Source of the DNA: the human T2T-CHM13v2.0 reference genome, Homo sapiens
Reading direction: 5' to 3' (one strand)
Length of the DNA: 64,000 nt
Assembly: GCF_009914755.1 (NCBI RefSeq)
Contig: NC_060927.1
Shown here: positions 54,355-64,000 of the stretch, piece after piece
Position numbering within the stretch: the stretch's first letter is position 1
How the letters are laid out: every line of letters starts with the position of its first letter
Made by a program: the position numbers and the translations under genes
Notes under the pieces: model-generated
The model's input: the letters and a program-made list of their open reading frames with translations, nothing else
What the model was told of the DNA's origin: nothing
The model's database searches: none

Positions 54355-56260
54355 TTGTAATGTTTAAGTAGCCAGTGTTTGACACTGCCATAGCTGCAAA
54401 GTCCCTTAGTAGACATAGAACTTGTTTTAAAAAAATGAAGAAGAAGAGTTCAATCTTATCCAGTAAGCATTAGTCTTTTTAGTATAATTTTTTGTCAAAG
54501 AATCACATAGGGAGCTTGCTAAACATGCAGATTTCTTTTTGATTACCACCCTAGTTCTGGAAAATCATAATCTCTGGGAGTAGGACCCCAGGATTGTAAA
54601 CAAGTTCCCCAAGTGATCTATATGCACGTTAAATCAGAAAACTATTTCTCTATGAAGATCTATATGTATTAAATTATCACTTTCTAAAAGAAAACATTAT
54701 ACATTCTGAAGGACAGTTCACTTCCAGCATGACAGTGTGAAGAACTCTGCAAACCTGTTATCCATTGAAACTAGTGAAAAATTTTAAAACAAGCATTTAA
54801 AGTATCGGAAATGGTCCAAAATGCATACAGCAAATGAAAAACATTTATTCAAGAACATACACTAAAATTCAATAAGAACAGTGAGCCTGTGGTATTTGAA
54901 CCAAGACCCACTCTCTTCTTTTCCCCTCCCAACTCAGTAAGTTTGAAACTCCACTCCAGAAAGCTTCAACCAAGAACACAGGGTTCCTTTACCCTCCACC
55001 CTAGTTCCCAGTTGAAGGAGTATCTTCCCAGGTGGGACATTTCTTATCCTGCCCCAAACTACGTGTTGCTGAAGCCAAGTTCTGGGTGAATGTCCCCCGG
55101 AGATGGAGACTCCCTTCTACCCAGCCCTCATTCTTAGAACAGTGGCTGTGCAATGTGTGCCAGGGCCCCAATCACCCTTAGGCAGAATTTCCATGTTGGG
55201 AGAGATAAGCCAAGAAGACCTGAGGCTATTCATCTCACTCCACTGAGCATTCAGCTCCTAAAGTGGGGGTGTCATTCAGGAAAGCACACCATTGTCCCCA
55301 ACCCCAGCTCCAGAGCTGCAGCTCAGAGATTTTGCTTGGGGTAGAAACAAACTGTAAAAAAAGAACTCTAAATCTTTCCCCAAAGGAACTGATTTCATGT
55401 GCAACAGAGGATGGAAAAGTTTAAGCCACTTACAAAAATGCTCTTAGGGAGGTTCTGGTGAAAGCAAATTAGAAGATTGGTAGATCCATTGGCGACATAG
55501 GCAGCATTTCAGGCAGGTTAGTTTGCCAGAGACAATCAGGGAAAGAGATCTCCTGGGGCCAGAACAAATTTCAAGCATTGACTTCAGGAACTATCTCTTC
55601 AAAGAGACCCAAATTTAATTGCATATGTCTGTGGAACCACTTATGCCCCAGTACATTGTTGAAAACAATAGAGCAATCAGCTTGCAATTAATGGAATTAA
55701 ATTCCATTGACAGCACCAAGGAAAAATCAAACCTGGTACAAGATCTGGTACCAGCTGGGTGTGGTCAGGGAAAGAAAATCAGAGCACTGCCAAAGCCACT
55801 GCCATTGCAGGGTGCCTGTGAGCCTATCCAATGCTGTACTCCCCCTGGGAGCAACATTGGAGTCTTCTTACTGTGGAGCTGTGGGGGAGTGGGAATATTT
55901 CAATAATCCAGTCACTAAACAAATAAGCAAATAACAACAACAAGCTCTAAAAGAAGTGGGAGACCAGTACCCAGAGTTGCTGCTATATGACCTAAAATGT
56001 CCAATTTTCAACAAAAAAATTATGACACATGCAAAGAAACAGGAAAGTATGACCAGGAAAAAAAAGGAGTAAAAATATGTACTAGAAAAAAAATAAAAAA
56101 CAGTCAATAGAAATCACCTGTGAGAGCAACCAGATGTCAGATTTTACAAAGACCTTAAAATTGCTATTATAGATATGTTCAAAAAACAAACCATAGTTGA
56201 AGAATTAAATGAAAGCATAATTACAATGTCCCCATCAAACACAGAATATCAGTAAAGACA

Positions 56261-56479
56261 TTATTATTATTATTATTTATTTTGAAATAGGGTCTTGCTC
56301 TATCACCCAGGCTGAAGTGCAGTGGGACAATCATGGCTCACTGCAGCCTTAACCTCCTAGGCTCAAGCGGTCCTCCCACCTCAGCCACCTGAGTAGCTGG
56401 AACTACAGGTGCATGCCACCATGCCTAGCTAATTTTTCATTTTTTGTAAATATGGGATTTTGCCATGTTGCTCAGGCTG
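56261..56479 (-). mobile_element. Truncated AluJ with (TTA)n tail, inside L1
   Basis: GGGTCTTGCTCT...CATGGCTCACTGCAGCCT...GGCTCAAGCG.TCCTCCCACCTCAGCC. Confidence 0.88.
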
Positions 56480-59400
56480 AGAGGCTTATTTTTTTAAAGG
56501 AAATATGGAGCTGAAAAATACAATAACTGAGACAAAAATTTTTTAGAGAGGCTCAATGTAGATTTGAACTGACAAGAAAAAACAGAATTAACAATCTTGA
56601 AGATAAACTAATAGAAATTATGCAATATGAAGAACAGAGAGAAAAAAGAATGAGGACAAATGTACAGAGCTTCAGGAAAACATGAGACACCATTAAGTGC
56701 ACCAACTGCTATGCATAATGGCAGTACCAAAAGGAGAGGAGAGAGAGGAAGAAACAGAAAAAAATTATTAAATTATTAGATGAAATAGTGGCTGAAATCT
56801 TTCAAAGTTTATTTTAAAATATTTATGGCCAGGATGCTTAAGAAACTCCAAGTAGGATAAATTCAAGAAGATCCATAAGCAGACACATTATGGCAAAATA
56901 CTGAAAGCCAAAGACAAGGAAAACCTTAAAAATAGCAAGAGGAAAATGACTTCTCTGTTACAAGGGAACCTCAATAAGATTAAAAGCTGATTTCTCATCA
57001 GAAACAATGGAGGTCCAAAGGAAGTAGGACAACATATTAAAAAGTGCTCAAAGGAAACAACTGTTAACCAAGAATACTATATCCAACAAAACTATCATTC
57101 AAAAATCAAGGTGAAATAAAACTATTCTGAGATAAACAAAAACTGAGAAAATTTGTTTCTAGCAGATACACCTTATAAGAAATAATAAAGGAAGTTTTTC
57201 AAGCTAAAAGCAAGTGACCCTTGATGGTAATTTGAATCTACACCAAAAGACAAAGAGCACTGATAAAGGTAATTATGTGACTATAAAAGACAGTATAAAC
57301 ACACATTTCTTCTCCTTTTTTCTCTTAATTGATTTCAAAAGCAATCATATAAGATAATATGTACATAATGTATTGTTGGGCCTATAACATAAAAATGTAA
57401 TATGTTTTCCAGTGATAGCACAAAGGAGGTTGGTAGGAGCAAATTTGTAGTAGGCTAAGGAAATTAGTCCAGATGATAACTTGAATCCACAGAAACAAAT
57501 ACAGTGATTCAGAAATGATAAATAAGACTAATATGAAAAAAGCTATAAATATATAGTAATCCTCCTTTTTTGTCTCAGCTTCTATAAAAGACATAAAATT
57601 ACAGAAAGTGATACTTATAACAATCTAATGTTTGGTTTGTAACATTTATAAATGTAATATGTATAAAATATGACAAAATGTGAGGAAAGGGAATAAAGCT
57701 CTATAGGAGTAATATTTTTATGTCTCACTGGAATTAAGTTAATGTACAGTAGAAGCTGATTCTGATAAGGTGTATATGGTAAGCCCTAGAGCAATAGCTA
57801 GGAAAATAACTCCCAAAATATAGTGAAAAAAATCAATCAGTAAAGATACCAAGATGCTACACTACAAAATACTCACTTATGCAAAAAAAGCAGTACAGGG
57901 TTATAGAAGTATAAAAAAGACATATAGAAAAAAGTCAAATGGCAGACATAAACTCTATTAATAATGACATTAAATGTGAAAGGATTCAATAATCCAATCA
58001 AAGGTAGAAATTGTCAGACTGGATTTAAAAACCAAGATCCAGTTAGTAACACTGTCAAAAAACATTTTTAAAAAATATAAGACCCAATCTAATTGCTGTA
58101 TACAGGAGGCACATTTTGGATTCAAAGATATAAATAGATGGAAAGTAAAAGGATAGAAAAACATGTATTATGCAAACAGCAATCAGAAGAATAGCCAAGT
58201 GACTATATTAATAACAGATTCTTAAGTGCATTTTAAAAGAACAGCAAAAAGTTACTAAAGATAAAAAGCAACTTTTTAAAGAAGAAGAATGTCACTCTAT
58301 CAGGAAGATGTAACAACTATAAGCACATATACACCTAACAAAAAAGTACCAAAATACACAAAGCAAAAACTGACAGAAATGAAGCAAGAAATATACAATT
58401 CAAGTGTATTAATTGGAGACTTCAATACCCCCTTTTAATAATGGATGGAACAAATTAGCAGAAGGAAATAGAATACCTAAACAAAGAAATAGAAGACTAT
58501 AAGCCAAATTGAACCAACAGACATCTATAGAACACTCCATCCAACAATAGCAGACTATATAATCTTCTCCAGGACATGAAACATTGTCCATAATAGACCA
58601 TATCCTAGGTCAAAAAACAAACCTCATGAAATAAAAAAGGATAGAAATAATGCCAGATATTTACCCCATCACAATGGAATGAAATTAGAAATCGGTAACA
58701 GAAAGAATTTCAGAAATTCACGAATAGGTGGAAATTAAATAACATCTTCCTGAATATCCAATAGCTAAGAGACAAAATAAAAAGGAGAATTGGAAACTAA
58801 TTTTAGATGAATGAAATTTTTGACACATCATACCACAACTTACGTGATACAGCTAAAATTGTGCTTAGAGAGAACATATAGTTGTAATGCCTATCTTAAA
58901 AAAGCTAAAAAAAAGTTCTCAATAACCTAAACTTCCACTTTAAAACACTGGAAAAAGAAGAGCAAACGAAACCTAAAGCAAGCAGAAGAAAGGAAATAAT
59001 AAAGATTAGAGTAGAAATTAACTAGAGAATAGGAAAACAATAGAGAAATTTAATGAAACCAAAAGCTGGTTTATTGAAAAGGTCAACCAAACTTACAAAC
59101 CTTTACCTAGAACAACCAATGAAAAAAATTACTAGACTCAGAAGTGAAAGAGGGGATATTATTACTTACCTTACGAGAAAATAGTATTATAAAGAGATGC
59201 TATAAATAATTGCAAGCCAATAAATTAGATAATAAATGAAATGGACAAATTCATAGAAAGGTAGTAACAACTGATACTGATTCAAGAAGAAATAGATAAT
59301 CTGAATAGACCAATAGCAAGTGAAGAGATTGAATTAGTAATCAAAGAAATATTCTCAAAGAAAAGCCCAGGCCCAGATGGCTTCATCACTGAATTCTACC

Positions 59401-59601
59401 AAACATTTAAAGAATTAATACTCATTTTTTGTAAGCTTATATTAAAAAAAAAAAGATGAGGGAACATGTCCCAGCTTACAAGGCCAGTATTACCCTGATA
59501 CCAAATCCAGATAAATCTGTCACACAAGAAAACTACAGACCAATATCTCTTATAAATATGGATGCAAAGATTTCCAACAAAATACTATCAAACCAAATCC
59601 A

Positions 59602-59770
59602 ATTAGCCAGACATGGTGGTGCTCACGAATAGTCCCAGCTACTTGTGAGGCTGAGGCAGGAGAGTTATTTGACTCCAGGAGTTTTATGGCTTTAATGAGT
59701 TATAATCGTGTCATTGCACTCCAGCCTGGGGACAGAGCAAGACCCCATCTTTAAAACAAACAAAAAGAAA
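59602..59770 (+). mobile_element. Alu right monomer (FRAM/AluJ-like) inside L1 ORF2
   Basis: ATTAGCCAGACATGGTGG...CACTCCAGCCTGGG.GACAGAGCAAGACCCCATCT. AAATCCA on both flanks. Confidence 0.85.
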
Positions 59771-61257
59771 CAAAATCCAGCAACATATAGAAAGAATTAC
59801 ACACCACGACCAAGTGGGAGTCATCCCAGAATTGTGAGCTTGGTTTAACTTCAGTAGGAAAAAAAAAACAAAAATCATGTGATCATCTCAATAGACCCAG
59901 AAAAAGCATTTGACAAAATCCAACACCTATTCATAATAAAAATACTCAACAAACTAGGAATAGAAGATAACTTCCTCAACCAGAAAAAGGGCATCTACAA
60001 AAATTCACAGCTATTGTTATACTTAATAGTATACTGGATACTTCCCCGCTTAAGATCAAGAACAAGACAACGACACTCTTGCCCCTTCCATTCAATATTG
60101 GAGGGTCTATTCAGGGCAATTATTCGGGAAAAAGAAATAAGAGTCATCCAAATTGGAAAGAAGTAAAACTATATTTTCAGATGACACAAGCATGTATATG
60201 AAAAATCCCAAAATATTCAGTAAAAAACTATTAGAGCTAGTAAATAAGTTCAACAAGGTTGCAGGATACAAAATGAATAAACAAAAATTAATTGTCTTTC
60301 CATGCACTTAAAATAAATAATTTGAAAATGGAAATAGGAAAAAAATTCCATTTATAATAGCATAAAAAAGAATAAGATGCTTGGGAATAAATTTAATGAA
60401 AAAAGTGTAAAACTTATACTCTGAAAACTATAAAGCATTGTTGAAAGAAATTAAAGATACAAATAAATGAAAAAAAATCTCATGTTCATTGATTAGAAGA
60501 CTTAATATTGTTAGGATGGCAATACTCCTCAAATCCTTGATCTATAAATCCAGTATATCTCTATCAGGATCCCAACTGGATTCTTTGTAGAAATTGACAA
60601 ACTGATTCTAAAATTCATGTGGAATTTTAGGAGATGCAGAATAGCCAAAATAATGTTGAAAGAGAACAAAGTTGGAAGACTCATACTATCCAATTTCAAA
60701 ACTTAATACAAAGCAAAAGTAATTAAGACAATGTGATACTGGCATAAGGACAGACATATAGATCAATGGAATAGAATTATGAGTTCATAAATAAACCCAT
60801 GTGTCTGTGGTCAACATATTTTAGACAAGAGTGCCAATATCATTTTATGGGGAAAGAACTGTCTTTTCAACAAATGGTGCTGGGACAACTGGATAGTCAT
60901 AAGCAAAAGAATGATGTTGGACCCTTACCTTACACTAAATTAAAAATGGATAAGTTGGACATCATCAAAACAAAAAATTTTGTGCATCAAAAATGACAGT
61001 CAAGAGATGAAAAGAAAAACCACAAAATGGGAGAAAATATTTGCAAATATTTATCTGATAAGGGAGTTATGTCTGCAATCTATAAAGAACTCTTACAACT
61101 CAATAATAAAAAGACAACCCAATTAAAATGTGCAAAGGATTTAAATAGACATTTCTTCAATAATATATACAGATGGTCATAAGCACATGAAAAGATGCTT
61201 GACATAATTAGTCATCAGGGAAACGTAAATCAAAACCACAATGAGATACTACTTCTT

Positions 61258-61314
61258 TTTTTTTTTTTTTTTTTTTTTTTTTTGAGATGGAGTCTTGCTC
61301 TGTCACCCAGGCTG
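61258..61314 (-). mobile_element. Extremely 5'-truncated Alu (~32 nt body + T tail) with 13-bp TSD
   Basis: GATACTACTTCTT at 61245-61257 and 61315-61327. Confidence 0.92.
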
Positions 61315-61368
61315 GATACTACTTCTTCCCCACTAGAATGCACTAGATTGGCTATAATCAAAAACTCT

Positions 61369-61668
61369 GGACAGGCGCAGTGGCTCACGCCTATAATCGC
61401 AGCACTTTGGGAGGCCGAGGCAGGTGGATCACTGGAGGTCAGGAGTTCGAGACCAGCCTGGCCAACACGGCAAAACCTGGTCTCTACTAAAAATAGGTAA
61501 AAAACTAACTGGGCATGGTGGGGCACGCCTATAGTCCCAGCTACTGGGGAGGGCGAAGCAGGAGAATCGCTTGAACTCAGGAGGCAGAGGTTGCAGTGAG
61601 CAGAGATTGCACCACTCTGCACTCCAGCCTGGGCAACAGAGCAAGACTCCAAAAAAAAAAAGAAAAGT
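61369..61668 (+). mobile_element. AluS inside L1
   Basis: Full dimer with AAAACTCTG flanking repeat. Confidence 0.93.
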
Positions 61669-62238
61669 AAAACTCTGATAATAACAAATGTTAGCAAGGA
61701 TATGGAGAAGTCAGAATGCTCACACATGGCTGCAGGCGTGTAAAATGGTATAACTACTTTGGAATACAGTCTGACAGTTCCTCAAATAGTTAGAGTTGCC
61801 ATATGACCTAGTAATTCAATTCTTAGGTATATACTCAAGAGAAATGTAAACATATGTCTACATAAAATGTCCATACATTGTACACAAATGTTTGCAGCAA
61901 CATTATGTATAATAATCAAAAGGTGGAAACTACCCAAGTTTCCATAAACTGATGAATGGATAGACAAAATGTAGTATCTTCATATAATGGACTTATATTT
62001 ATTTGGCCATAAAAAGGAATGACATGCTGACATGTGTTACAACATGGATGGACCTTGAAAACATTTTGCTAAGTGAAAGAAGCTAGTAACCAAATACCAC
62101 TTATTATTTGGTTTCATTTATTTGAAAAGTCCAGAATAGGCAAACCTTTAAAGAAGAAAGTAGATTAGTTGTTGCTTAGAGTTAGAATGGAAGGGGTATA
62201 AGAGAGTTATATCTAATAGGTACAGAGTTTCTTTTTGA

Positions 62239-62721
<483 letters not shown>

Positions 62722-63804
62722 TGAGTATTTTGCAAGTGGGTCTTTACTTGCTTGAAAATATAACCTTCCTAAACATTAAAGGGAATGGCCATGACAGAGT
62801 GTGGACACCAACACTGGTGGTGTTAGGGAAGCTGAAGTAAGAGGATCTGTGTGTACCACACAGTATTCACTCATTTGTGCATTCAACAAACTTTTGCTGT
62901 CTGTGTCTTTTACTAAACACTGAGAACAGCAAGGTTCATGAGACACAAAGCTATCTTCAAGGAGCTTGAAATTTAGTCATTCCCAAATTCATGTACCTAA
63001 CGCAAAGAGAATTTTGCCCACTAGAGTATAAACTCCTAAAGGCAGAGCTTTGTCTGTTTTATTCACAGCTGTATCTGCAGAAATTATAACAATGCCTGGC
63101 AGTTAGTAGGTGCCTAAATAAACGCTTGTTGAATGAACTATGATGTTAAGCATTTCACAGTGTCTGTCACCAACCCTGAACACTATTTGAGCATCAAGGA
63201 TGCAGAGCTAGGAAGGTAGGGCCTTTATTTTTGAGGGAGCCCAATAAGGCATGGCTCCAGCAGAAGCTGAACAACCACCAATTAGAAGGTGAATGAGAGC
63301 ACTGATTTTCTTCAGGGATGGACATGCTTACAGTGTCCCCAGGCGATACACACTAACATCCAGGAACTACCAGACTGCATGATCTTTCAAGTTCCACTGA
63401 TCCCAAACATCTTTGTTTCTGGGATTCTCATCCTAAAGACAGAAGCAAAGCCACTAAAAAGCAAACCCCCACCCCCTGACAAAAATAAATATGATCCAGT
63501 GGTCGCTGTTAACACTGCAGTTCCTAAGGCAGGCCTTTAGGGAACCTGTGATTGCAAAGTACTGCATGTATACCCAGCCAGACCTGTTCTTATCAATCAA
63601 GTTGAACAGGATACAGTGTTTGTATCTCCACAGACAGCCTGGTGGATGGAACTTCCCTTTTCTTCTGACTCAGTAGGAGCATTAGATTTTATTTTCTGAT
63701 CTGCTCAGGATTAATTTATGACCCTTGCTCTTGGCACCATTGTCAGCATTAAACTAGACCCAAAGGAGAGAAGGGTGTGCTTTGAATTCAACTCTGGTGA
63801 AGCT

Positions 63805-63982
63805 AGTGCTTGTCTCTAAGGCAGCAGTCCTGCACTCTGACTGCCCGCTGGAGTCACCTGGGAAGCTTTTTAAAAATGCCCAAAATACCACATATGGGTT
63901 CCACTCTAGATTCTGATTTAACCGTACTGTGGTGACTCAGGAAATCTGTACCAGGCTGAGAACCAAGTTGAAAATCACTACT
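63805..63982. mobile_element. MER5-like fragment
   Basis: GAGTCACCTGGGAAGCTTTTTAAAAATGC...GATTCTGATTTAA...GTTGAAAATCACT. Confidence 0.6.
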
Positions 63983-64000
63983 GGTTCAGGGTGAAGGAAA

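Noticed and set aside
59879-60166. ORF with a reverse-transcriptase motif suggesting an active retroelement
   Set aside because: It is a 95-aa remnant of L1 ORF2 surrounded by stops, frameshifts and Alu insertions.

Overview
Primate (human-like) genomic DNA from inside the KALRN (kalirin RhoGEF) gene, + strand. Three internal coding exons are present (14641-14833, 18921-19433, 48986-49108). They have canonical AG/GT boundaries and splice into one open frame covering the end of the Sec14/CRAL-TRIO domain and the first spectrin-like repeats. The third exon is absent from the ORF track. The rest is intron, filled with Alus (many with readable target-site duplications), a ~8 kb old sense-strand L1, L2/MIR/CR1 relics, MaLR LTRs, DNA-transposon fossils and microsatellites. 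I see no new gene or protein-coding system. The most unusual signal is four separate locally templated insertion scars (2.4, 28.6-29.0, 47.6-47.9 and 55.7 kb). Each is built from sequence lying within ~2.4 kb, two are multi-donor mosaics, and two have fold-back palindromes at the junctions, as expected from template-switching or Pol-theta-type repair. Other points of interest are a TTTCA-containing Alu tail in the sense strand, unusual Alu insertion products, and an inverted-Alu-flanked symmetric exon. Repeat subfamily names come from remembered consensus motifs, mismatch counts were made by eye, and old-repeat boundaries are approximate.
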